A DNA stretch of 64,000 nucleotides from assembly GCA_951406725.2 (NCBI GenBank), contig OX597838.1:13516001-13580000 (forward strand), read 5' to 3'. This document shows positions 36,805 to 47,063 of this stretch, in pieces. The notes below the pieces were generated by a model, which saw only the letters and a list, made by a program, of their open reading frames with translations, searched no databases and was not told the DNA's origin. Origin of the DNA: Octopus vulgaris (lineage: Eukaryota). The position numbers and the translations under genes were made by a program. Every line of letters begins with the position of its first letter. Position 1 is the first letter of the stretch.

Positions 36805-37730
36805 GATGGGTTCCTTTCAGTTTCTATCTACCAAATCCACTCACAAGGCTTTAGTCAGCTCAAGGCTATAATAGAAGATACCCTAGCTGCCGTGCAGTGG
36901 GACTGAACCCAGAACCATGTGGTTGGGAAGCAAGCTTCTAAACATAGCCACGCTTGGGGATGCATTTTGAAACTTATGAAATGCTTTCAAAATGTCATTT
37001 TTTGGTTTGAATTCAATATTTACAAATTATATATCTACCTATATACACACGTTTCAATATTTTACTTTTATACACACACACATCGTATTTACTGGAGTAC
37101 AATGCCATCTTTATAAACTGTGTAATACTCACTTTTACACCTTAATATCAGTACTATTTTTTGTTTGACACTCGGGTAAAATGCTACCCCTCCGTTTTGT
37201 ACTATATTTCTCGCCTCACACAAAAGTAAATATGGTATCTATTTACCAAAATGATTTGTGTTGACAAAATCGTTAGAACATTACTGAGATATTTTGTGTT
37301 ATAATTGCTCTTAGTGGATTGATTTCGAATCTTGCTGAGACCAACTTAACATTTCATCCACTCCAGAATAAATTTAATCGTCTATATCCCTTCCCTCACA
37401 AATGTGTTGTACCTACGATTCATTAACGACCCTTTATCCTTCCATCGTTAATTAAAAAAAAAAAAAATAAGGTACTTAATAAAGTACCAAGGTCTGTTTA
37501 GAACGACACTACTTGTTTCTTTTAGAACAGTTGACGACTATTAGAAATCGCTTAAAAATTTATAATAGCAATAGATTTAGTTTTAAAATATTAGTGGTAA
37601 AAAAAAAAAAAAGTTTCTTACCTAAGAATTTGACGATGTATCGACTGGCCTGAAGAAGTTGGACAACTTCTATGTGGCCTTGGTCAGTAATTGCAGGAAA
37701 TAAATACGTGGAATCACCGAAAAATGTCAT
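21125..37730 (-). CDS. GLTP: glycolipid transfer protein, 206 aa, 6 coding exons (gene span)
   Basis: complement(join(21125-21229,23121-23198,25276-25426,27831-27952,31296-31351,37622-37730)) = 621 nt, all GT-AG, phases consistent; motifs SDITGNIEK (D48/N52/K55 of human GLTP), LWLKR (W96), YHGW (H140), C-terminal DKV. Confidence 0.92.
21795..22048. repeat. 24-bp minisatellite x~10 inside a family D element
   Basis: GCAGTACCACGTAAAAG(C/T)GCC(C/T)GT units followed by the D tail. Confidence 0.9.
22324..22875 (+). mobile_element. CR1-group LINE 3' end
   Basis: LYVTLVRPILEY..HLERVQKLATRMV..LSYEERLK..RRRHGDLI..FFVRVADPWNKLP; (TAACT)n tail; inverted short tail copy at 23872-23953. Confidence 0.88.
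23121..23198 (-). CDS. GLTP: GLTP coding exon 5
   Basis: IISIAAPSRTGLMNILCNGTNLDEEQ; cag/gtggg. Confidence 0.88.
23975..24246 (-). mobile_element. mariner transposase, catalytic half
   Basis: ICNIHLKCNEIA..VITGDGK*IVYNN..HQKKVMLSI*WDYRGVVHFELLPRNQT..YCQQL. Confidence 0.85.
25276..25426 (-). CDS. GLTP: GLTP coding exon 4
   Basis: (R)ALEFIYVFLSGYLEEHKAGKTSQSLHPLIQKSYDETLSQYHGWLVQKLFS; 151 nt; ttttag/gtaag. Confidence 0.92.
25471..26033 (-). mobile_element. mariner (mellifera-like) 5' half with TIR
   Basis: TIR-like GGGTTGGCAAGAAAGTAAT; decayed HTH (..FRKGKKAGETHKK..); ends LDTWVPHKLKEIHLTR*VN. Confidence 0.85.
27397..27776 (+). mobile_element. non-autonomous Helitron
   Basis: A|TC...hairpin-CTAG|T; same family as 7744-8145. 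Confidence 0.8.
27831..27952 (-). CDS. GLTP: GLTP coding exon 3
   Basis: KLQTKYDTDPATFSHLEAMFLDEQENKTTNYAGISGLWLK(R); tacag/gtaat. Confidence 0.92.
28000..30246 (-). mobile_element. Buster/Charlie-type hAT transposon, deleted, with nested SINE C, SINE D and MITE
   Basis: TIRs CAGGGGTTTCC / GGAAACCCTG; TSD AGGTAAAC/ATGTAAAC (nnnTAnnn); fragments YLSYGF..CLLCQQTLSNESMKPSHL and KSHTVGETLLRP..ISNNTIS. Confidence 0.88.
31296..31351 (-). CDS. GLTP: GLTP coding exon 2
   Basis: (E)GFGTTFSPIRSDITGNIE; tgcag/gtaag. Confidence 0.92.
31468..31497 (-). pseudogene. 30-nt 18S rRNA fragment fused to a SINE C 3' half
   Basis: AACGGGGAATTAGGGTTCGATTCCGGAGAG matches a conserved 18S segment (from memory). Confidence 0.7.
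32025..32335 (+). mobile_element. family D element
   Basis: D body with (GAT)n tail. Confidence 0.8.
34980..35615 (-). mobile_element. RTE LINE reverse transcriptase fragment interrupted by SINE A
   Basis: GKVAGSDAIPAEIY|KCGG..FKDVCIIHLYKRKENGLQCNNYRDISLIPFAGKIL. Confidence 0.8.
35185..35571 (+). mobile_element. tRNA-derived SINE family A
   Basis: 13-bp TSD TAGATCTCAGCAG (35172-35184 / 35572-35584). Confidence 0.9.
37622..37730 (-). CDS. GLTP: GLTP coding exon 1
   Basis: MTFFGDSTYLFPAITDQGHIEVVQLLQASRYIVKFL; ATG 1 nt after a cag acceptor; donor gtaag. Confidence 0.85.
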
Positions 37731-37847
37731 TCTGGCAATGAAGAACTGTCGTTATATTAAGTCATATGTGTATATTCACACCTATATATGTAGTATAAAC
37801 CTCTTCTCCTTCTCTCTATGTGTGTGTATATATATATATAGTCTTAC

Positions 37848-38197
37848 AGTATATTACTGGTTATGGCATGTAACTGGTCAGAATGTTATACACACCCCGT
37901 GATTTTTCGTCCTAATAATTAATCTTCTGGTTTTTGCCTTCTTTGAAATATGTTTTTCGGGTTGTTAACCACAACAAACATGGGCGGTCTGGGTTTTTGT
38001 CTACCTTTTCTATATATTTCCAGAGTTCTTTGCCGGTTTGTGGCTGTGTTTCTTAGTTTTACTGGAGTTCTGATTCAGCACAGAGTCTTGTTTCGTCGTA
38101 GCCTTGAAGTTTTGTTTTTTGGTGTCTATTCTTTATTCTGTACTTTTCTCGCCTCGTCCATCTGATTCAGCTGTTAACCAATGCGGTAGACAACTGC
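37848..38197 (-). other. GLTP: probable GLTP 5'-UTR exon
   Basis: Strong pyrimidine-rich acceptor (ctttcacag, 38198-38200); donors gtaag (37847) or gtaga (38004); stops in all frames. Confidence 0.45.
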
Positions 38198-39238
38198 CTG
38201 TGAAAGCATAATAGATAAAAGAATGTAAAGTAGTTATATATATACATATATCAAATGAGAAATAGGCTATACAACGTACTACTACTACTATCTATTAAGA
38301 AAAAGAGAACTCGGTACTTCTATTGATAAAAAGTTTAATGGGATTTGGCACCTCACAAGTGACCACTTATTCATCCCAGATGGGAATCTTCGGGCGATAA
38401 TCTCTATATATAATTATATATATATAAATAAATTAAGCACTAAGCTAATACATTTGTTAAAACTTGTCCCTCACGAGTAGTCTTCTTTGTGCTTATTGCC
38501 GCGTGTGTATGTATATATATATGTGTATATATAAAGATAGGGTGTGTATAATGAGCCCTCGTTAAAGTCGTGGGCCAGTCCGTTTTATGGGTCGTATTAA
38601 GAACTTACTCCAGCTGTGTTCTTCCTTATTTATTTTTTTTTAAGATGAAGTATGCATTTTAAGGAAATGTGGCTGCTATTTCTAACATGTCAAGTGACAA
38701 GCAGAGACATCTGCGTTACTTTGAGGGTGTGTATATGAAATTCTACACGCTTATATTATGCAAAAAGTAACTGTTGGAGTATATTAAGGTAGCCGGGTGT
38801 AAACATGTAGATAGGGTGAGCATGTATGTATGAAAAAACAGACGGATAGATAAACAGATAGGTAGGTAGCCAAAGATAGTTAATAAAACAATTAGACAGA
38901 TACAAATAATTAGGCAGACATAGGAGAGATGTTTACTTAATGCTTCCTTAATATTTTGCCAACCTGTTTTACAAAGTATTCCTGCAGGGGTTTGGTGTCT
39001 GACGGGGCAGCACTATATCACATGAAACATTACCTGGATATATTGGATGCTTTAACCTACGTTTGAAAACAAAGGATGATGTTCTACAGAAGTAATAATA
39101 ATACTACGGAATAACGTAAACGAGAGTTGGGGGAATACCTCTTTTGTGAACGAATGGGTTGTAAAAAAATGGGTGGTGCCGGTTCGTATGGTAATAAAAG
39201 GGTTAAAAGGAGGAAGAGGGGGGAAAAGTGAAAGAAAG

Positions 39239-39758
39239 GGAGATATAGTAAGATAACAATGGGAGGAAAAGAAAGAGAGAGAGAAAGTAAACTTATACAG
39301 TTAAGGAATGAGGGAAGAGTAAGAGGCATTTAGATATACCAATATAATAAGGATGGGTGGGAAGCAGAGATATAGTAAGGTAACAATGGGAGAAAAAAAG
39401 AGAGAGAGAGAAAGTAAACTTATACAGTTAAGGAATGAGGGAAGAGTAAGAGGCATTTAGATATACCAATATAATAAGGATGGGTGGGAAGTAGAGATAT
39501 AGTAAGATAACAATGGGAGAAAAAGAGAGAGAGAGAAAGTAAACTTATACGGTTAAGGAGCGAGGGAAGAGTAAGAGGCATTTAGATATACCAATATAAT
39601 AAGGATGGGTGGGAAGCAAAGAGATAGAGTAAGGTAACAATGGGAGAAAAAGAGAGAGAGAGAGAGAGAGAAAGTAAACTTATACAGTTAAGGAGTGAGG
39701 GAAGAGTAAGAGGCATTTATATATACCAATATAATAAGGATGGGTGGGAAGCAGAGAT
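39239..39758. repeat. ~127-bp purine-rich tandem repeat x4
   Basis: Units start at ~39241, 39368, 39495, 39622, with variable (AG)n. Confidence 0.9.
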
Positions 39759-41077
39759 AGAAGCAAAGGGAATAAGGGAGTAGGAGGAGAAATGGAACTA
39801 TGAATAGGGACAGTGGGAGAAGAGAGTAGCTAGAACAGCTTCAATAGACGAGACAAGAAGAATGGAATATGTATTGGGGGGGACTTTACAGCCTCTAAAG
39901 TTACATACATACAAGAAGGGGCTGGAATAAACAGGTTTTGCAACATTTGTTTCAGTGTAGTAGTGTGGTAACAGCCGCAAGTTGCTGAGTTTTTCCGTCT
40001 CATACTAATTTATCTGTTACCATTTTACTTGGTTCAGTCATTAATTAGACTACGGTCGGTCGGTCATGCTGGGGCAACGCCTTGATGAATTTTTAAAGTC
40101 GAATTTTTAAGTACTAATTTTTTTTTTTAAAGACTGGTACTTATTTTATTTATTGTTCTTTTTTTCGCCGGACCGCTATGTTACGGGGACGTAAATAAAC
40201 CAACACCGGTTGCCAAGCGGTGATGGGGGACAAAAACACACACACACACACACGTATATCAATTACGGGCTTCTTTTAGTTTCCGTCTACGAAATCCACT
40301 GACAAGGTGTCATGCAGTGGAACTGAACCTGTAACCATGCAGTTGGGCTGAAAGCTTCTTACCACACAGCCAATGACTGCGTGTATTGCATAAACTGTTT
40401 CATAAATAATTACATAAATAGATATGATCCAGCACCAGCTGTGTGCCAATTCTTCATCAGGTTGCTTACTTTTTAAAGCACTGAATAAATTAATAAATAA
40501 ATTCATATATCGTTATATTTTGGGATGATCGTTTTTTGTTTTTTTTTGCTAGTCAAATAAACACACGTTCTTCACTCGTTTTTTTGATTTTTTGTTCTTA
40601 TTTTATCTTAAGTCCATCGTCTGGAAATCTTTCGTCACACACCTGTAACCTCCTCAGCAACTCTTCCATCCCACGTGTCTCCTTCTGTTCAGTTTAGTCC
40701 ATTCTGTCTTTCTGTGATGTATATCCTTATCTGCATTTGTGTCTGTATCTCTGTGTGTGTGTGTGTGTGTGTGCACGCATGCATGCATGTGTATGTATGC
40801 ATGTCTATGTGTTTCATTTAAAAGTACCCTTCAATCACTGGGCAATATGCTGTGCTTGAAAAGACCTGTTGAGTCAAGTGAAATTGTTGTCGTGGCCAAT
40901 GACTGTGCCATATGATTGGCACCTGTGCTGGTGGTACCATTTGAATTGACTTATGTCCATGCTGCTTGACTAGCTCCCATGCCGTCAGCATGTAAAAAAC
41001 ACTATTCGAGTGTGGTCATTGTCAGTACCACCTGATTAACTCCTGTGCGGGTAACACATAAAAAGCACCCACTACAC

Positions 41078-41296
41078 CAGTGGTTTTCAACCAGGGTTCC
41101 GCGAAACCTTAGGGTTCTGCCAGTACAGTCCAGGGGTTCCGCAAGAAGTTACAAAACTGCTGAAATCGGCAGTAATTTTTAATTATCCTGTGCAGATATG
41201 TGTGCATAAGACTATTAAATTATTGCACAGGGGTTCCTCGAGCCAGTGGAATGTTTCCTCGGGGTTCCGCTCCAGCAAAAAGGTTGAAAAGCACTG
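41078..41296 (+). mobile_element. hAT MITE inserted in a family D element
   Basis: TIRs CAGTGGTTTTCAACC / GGTTGAAAAGCACTG; perfect 8-bp TSD CACTACAC. Confidence 0.9.
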
Positions 41297-41889
41297 CACT
41301 ACACTCTCAGAGTGGTTGGTGTTAGGAAGGGCATCCAGCTATAGAAACCTCACCAGAACTGATTGGAGCCTGGCGCAGCCTTCTGACTTGCCAGTCCTCA
41401 GTCAAACTGTCCAACCCATGCTAGTATGAAAAGCAGATGTTAAATGATGATGATGATGATTTTTATTTGTTTATTTACTATGTTTAACAACAATTTCGAC
41501 CTAGCAGAATTATTAGGACATCGGATAAAATGCCTTGCGGTATTTGTCATATAGGCGACGAGCTGGCAGAATCGTTAGCACGCCGGGTGAAATGCGTAGC
41601 TGTATTTCGCCTGCCGTTACGTTCTGAGTTCAAATTCCGCCGGGGTCGACTTTGCCTTTCATCCTTTCGGGGTCGATAAATTAAGTACCAGTTACGCACT
41701 GGGGTCGATGTAATCGACTTAATACCTATGTCTGTCCTTGTTTGTCCCCTCTGTGTTTAGCCCCTTGTGGGTAATAAAGAAATAGAAATAGGTATTTGTC
41801 TTGACTCTTTACATTCTGAGTTCAAACTCCGTCGGGGTCATCTTTGCACATCATCCTCTCAAGGTTAATAAAGTAAAGTCTCATCCATG

Positions 41890-42165
41890 TTCTGGGGGTC
41901 GAAAATTGTCGTTGGCTTCGTACTTCGTCTCAACTAAACGACATTAACACGTCCCGTAATCAAGTCATTCGCCTGAGTTCCTCGGATGTCACTATTTGAC
42001 AATAATGTCTGCAGTTGAATATAATGTCGACTGTTGCTAACCAACTCAAACATTAATTTACGTGTTTTTGAACAAATAATTTCTGAAGTTACGTCAACAG
42101 TTTATTTTTAAAATTTGACAGAAATTTTTAGAAAGAACGATCGCAAAACACGATTCTAGGTAAGT
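41890..42165. promoter_or_regulatory. candidate bidirectional promoter / first non-coding exon of TCHP
   Basis: Unique, CpG-retaining stretch between the divergent genes; X-box-like GTTGCTAACCAAC 42033-42045; CRE-like TTACGTCA 42089-42096; donor AG|GTAAGT at 42159/42160. Confidence 0.45.
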
Positions 42166-43676
42166 TACAAAAAGGATATTAATATTTTAATATTATTCCT
42201 CGAAGATTTCATACTGATTTCAAAATTTTGGTGCAAGACCAGTAATTTCGGGGGAGGGAGCAAAATCGCTTACAACGACCACAGTATGCAACTGGTACTT
42301 ATTTTATTGACTTCGAAAGGATGAAAGGCAAAGTTGACCTCGGCGGAATTTGACGGAATCAGACGTAAAGACGGACGAAATGTCGCTCAGCATTTTGTCC
42401 GGCCGATTTAAACTCAAAGTTTTCATGTTAAAAATAAAAAAAAACAAACAAAAGGTATGTTATTAAGATAACGGCAGCTATAAAGTATATTGTTACGGAA
42501 ATTTGTTCAAACTGGTGATGGTTTGAGGCTGACGACATTCAGTTAATAAAGTTGTTTAACTTCGAGCCAACGTTGATTATCCCCAGCTACGATCATCCCG
42601 TATTATTACATGTATCTTGGACAACATTATTAACCTATCCTTTCCTTATTTAAGGGAGTTGGGAGTGAGTTGAGACATTCAGCTGCTATTTTTGCAACCT
42701 CCGATTCTTCAAAACATTCGATCCAAAGCTTGAACGATGTTGCCAATTCACTGCCTTAGTGCCATAGAATATATATCTCATTTTATATGGTACCACCTTC
42801 AACTTATTTCTCAACTCAGAGTCAGAAATAGCAAATGAGGTAATTTCCCCAGGGCACTAAAATCTGGAGGTTTGCTGGCTTGAACCCTTCACTCCCTATA
42901 AAGTACAGATCATTGATGGAAGACATTTCTCCACCATTCTCAACTCTGGGGCTGTCTTTTCTACTTCTCTCCAGTTGGATCCCTGATTTTTCACCTCCGC
43001 TATTCTTAGGGCACCCTCTCTCCACTTCCCTTGTGGATTCCTTGTAATATTTTTTTCCTGAGGTGAAGGCCTTCCTCTCCCAGGTCTTGCTGGTTTTGAA
43101 CTGTCATCAATGCTTCTATAACTCTGCTTTCTACCAGGTAGGGGTATTGACCTTACGTAAACCCCTAATTTTACCTCTGGGAAGAGGTGGTCCATATAAG
43201 AAGAGAGAGGGAGAAAGACAAGAGATTAAAAGTATGAGAGAAGGGGCCAGAATAGCTGGTCATAATTAGGAATCCCTTAATCATAGCTCTGATGGATAAG
43301 GGTTCAAGTGGGGCTGTTAAAAAAAAAAAACGAAAAAAACCCCTTAAACCTCTCATCACACTGATATTTATGGAAAATTAGATGAGTGTGGCAAGCATGG
43401 TCTGAGTGAACAACCCCAACTCTGAGAATTTGCCTGTAGGCGGGAGAAGGACAACTGAGAGAGGGCACTTGCGTTGGTGGTCAGAGTGACTGTGATTTTT
43501 GAGGGGGTTTCCACAAATAATCCTTAATGGTCTCCTTTTAGAAAATTTTTCTTTGTTTCAATTATATTTTTATGTTTTGTTATTTTTCTTGCTTACATGC
43601 TTTTTTTTATACAATCCCACAATGCATCATCCTACACAAGGCTCAATATTTTTGTTAATGCTTCTGATTGTTGTTG

Positions 43677-43710
<34 letters not shown>

Positions 43711-44169
43711 GGTGAGTAGGTAGGTAGAATCAACAGTGAGTCGAATGAAATGCTTAGCAGTATTTCTCCCAGCTCTTTACATTCTGGGTCCAAATTTGAG
43801 CTAAACTTTGCTTTTCCTCCTTTCAGGGTCAATAAAATAAAGTACCAGTTGAGCACTGGGGTCGATGTAATCAACTTATCCCTTCCCTTAAAATTGCTGG
43901 CCTTGTGCCTACAGCAGAAAAGATTATCATTATTGTTATTCTCTCTCTCTCTAGTTCCACCCTGCTCACTCTCACTTGATCTTCTGTAGTGTAAGTAGCC
44001 TGGTAGTTCTACAAGGGAAAACTATTCTGGCCCCTTCTCTCATACTTTTATTCTCTTGTCTTTCTCCCTCTCTTCTTCCATCTCTACAGAGGAAATCTCA
44101 GTGTTGCAAGCTGCATGGTGACCCCATCAGTGCTGGTGCCACAAAAAAAGAAGCACCTTGTACATGCTG

Positions 44170-44499
44170 TAAAGGGTGGAAGGTAACGATAAACGTCGCC
44201 CTTTTCAAGCCTAGCCAGGCTCATGGGCTCGGTTTCCCGGTTTCTGTGGTGTATGTGTTCCCCCCAGCTGGACAGGATGCCAGTTCATCGCAGCGTTACT
44301 CAAGAAACCGGAAGAGAGAGTGAGAGAAAGATGTGGCAAAAGAGTACAACAGGGGTCGCCACCACCCCCTGCCAGAGTCTTGTGGAGATTTTTAGGTGTT
44401 TTTGCTCAATAAACACACACAACGCCCAGTCTGAGAATCGAAACCACAATCCTCTGACCGCGAGTCCGTTGCCCTAACCACTGGGCCATTGCGCCTCCA
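44170..44499 (-). mobile_element. SINE with family A head and a different 3' body
   Basis: Reverse complement of the family A tRNA head (44330-44499) joined to an unrelated tail. Confidence 0.65.
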
Positions 44500-46644
44500 C
44501 AAAGTGTGGAAGAGCATCTAGTTAAAAAAATGTACAATGCTAAGGCAGTATAATGCAGTCTTTGGAGGCTACTGGATCCTGTCAGACCCTCCAGTCCATT
44601 CCAGCTTGGAAGATGAGCATTCAGTAATCCTTTCTGCTATGGGCACAAAGTCTGAAATTTTGGTACTTAATTTATTGACCTGTGAAAGGATGAAAGGCAA
44701 AATTGACCTTGGCAGAATTTGAACTCAGAACATGAAGACGGACAACATGCTACCTTAATGGACGCCTTAATAATGATGAAGCGCAAAGTCACAAATTTGG
44801 CAGGAAGGGGACAGTCAGTTATACTGACTGGTGTTTTATTTTGTTGACCCTGGAAGGGTGAAAGCAAAGTTGAAGCTAGTTGGATTTGAAATCAAAACAT
44901 AGAGAGCCTTGATTTAAATACTGCAAGGAATTTTACATCATGTTTAACCCTTTAGTATTTAAACCGGCCATATCCGGCCAAAATATTTAATCTGTTTTAT
45001 GTTCAAACTGACCAGATCCAGGCCCTCACACCTACCCTACAATGTTATTCTACATTAAGTAATTACACCATCAAGATCTTGAAGATATGAGATAATGCAT
45101 GATTAATTCAAATCAATGGGAATCAATAAGCATTATGTTTGATAGAATAATCAGAACACTAAAGGGTTAAGGTTTATTAATTTTGGCATGACAAAAAATG
45201 TTCAGAGAGAACATGGTTGATGGAATTGACTGATTCTATGAAACTATTCTAAGCATGCAGCTTTAGATTGAAGAACAACACTTTGTTAGAACTTATGTTC
45301 CTGGTTGTCAGGGTAATCCTAGATCTTGTGGTAGTTCCTTGATCGGCTCTAGTTGGAGGTTCTCTTCCCTCAAGTAGAATGGGGTCACATATTTGGTATA
45401 CTTTATGTACTTTATGCTTCGTTTCCCTCTCTTTCTCCCCCCCCCCTCATCTTTTATTTAACCCCTCCCTCACGCATGCACAAATTGCATACTGTCTTTG
45501 TAATGTCACCCTCATCAGATATCCCTGCTGTAAATAAAAGAAATAGTCATCATCATTATCACCACCACCACTACCACAACCATCCTCCTCATCATCACCA
45601 TCATCATTAATGATAATAATAATGGGATTTTGTGGGTCGAAATGATCAAAAAGCAACAAAATATGTGAAATTGTAGGACAGATGTTTCAATGGTTGCTAA
45701 AACACAAATATATGTTGGATGTATTGTTCTAAAATATGGGGCAGAGCAGCTGACCGCACAAGTTCTATAAATAAAAACAAAGTGTATATAGGCACCTAGG
45801 CAAACACATTACATCTGACACAAAAGCCAAGCTAGCTAATAGATATAGAAATAAGACAATTTTTCTTTCTAAATAATAGTTTTCAAACCCACTGAATCGG
45901 CACAGAAGTTAGTGCTAGTGTATTTAATACAGGGAACATTAGCTAAAAATAATTGTTGATAGATAGACAAGTAAGATAGATAAGTAAGATAGATAGGTAA
46001 GCTAGAGAGATAAGATTGATAAATAGATGGATGGATAAAGAGTTGGGCAGTCAGTGGTTAGCCAACTAAATTGATTTTAGTACTTCACTTGTATTTTACT
46101 TTATTGGCCCTCTAAGCATTTTGTTCAGTGTGCAAATGATTTTGCCAGCTTGCTGCCTTATTAATAGTGATAATAATAATAATAATAATGATAATATAAT
46201 AATGGTTTCAAATTTTAGCACAGGGCCAGCAGTTTTGGAGGGTTGGGGGATGTCAGTTACATTGACACCGGTTCTTGACTTGAACTTTATTTTTATTGGC
46301 TCCAAAGGGATGAAAAGCAAAGTTGACTTTAGCAGGATTTGAACTCAGAATGAAAAGACTTGTGAAATGCTGCTAAGCATTTTACCCAGCATGCTAATGA
46401 TTCTGCCAGCTCACTGTCTTAATAATAATGATAATTCTTTCTACTATAGGCACAAGGCCTGAAATTTGTGGGGAGGAGTTTGTAGATTACATCAACCCCA
46501 GTGTTTAACTGGTGCTTGTTTTATCGACCCTGAAAGGATGAAAGGCAAAGTTGACATCTGCAGAATTTGAACTCAGAACATAAATATGAAAGACCACTAA
46601 GTAGTTTGTCCATTGTGCTAATGATTTTGCCAGATCACTGCCTA

Positions 46645-46697
<53 letters not shown>

Positions 46698-46869
46698 TAA
46701 TCTAATAACATTGTAGGAAGATATTTGATAATATATATGTGCAAACCATTCAATACCATTTTTTTTTTCTCCAGTATCGGTTAAAAAAAAAAGAAACCCC
46801 TTGTGTCTGTTTTTTACTTTCCTCAGTTGGTGTCATTCCAATTTAACCCATTAAACTAGTCAATCAACC

Positions 46870-47063
46870 ATGGCACTTCCCACACTGTCTAGCCGCTCAT
46901 GGCCTGCCCTACAGAACATCTATATGCACACGTGGAATCAACGAAGATGTCGAGATGAAGATATGAGACAAAGCTGTTTAAAGACAGACCGTTTTTTCCA
47001 GACAGGAAGGTTAAAAGCTGAAAAAATACAAAAGTGGACTTCTGATAAGTATTACCGTAAAAG
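46870..47063 (+). CDS. TCHP: TCHP coding exon 1
   Basis: [22 protein letters not shown]; acceptor at 46825-46826 implies an upstream UTR exon. Confidence 0.9.

Noticed and set aside
37731-41900. Upstream PH-domain exons that would make the gene PLEKHA8/FAPP2
   Set aside because: Candidate upstream exon has stops in all frames and no PH-like sequence was seen before the TCHP side
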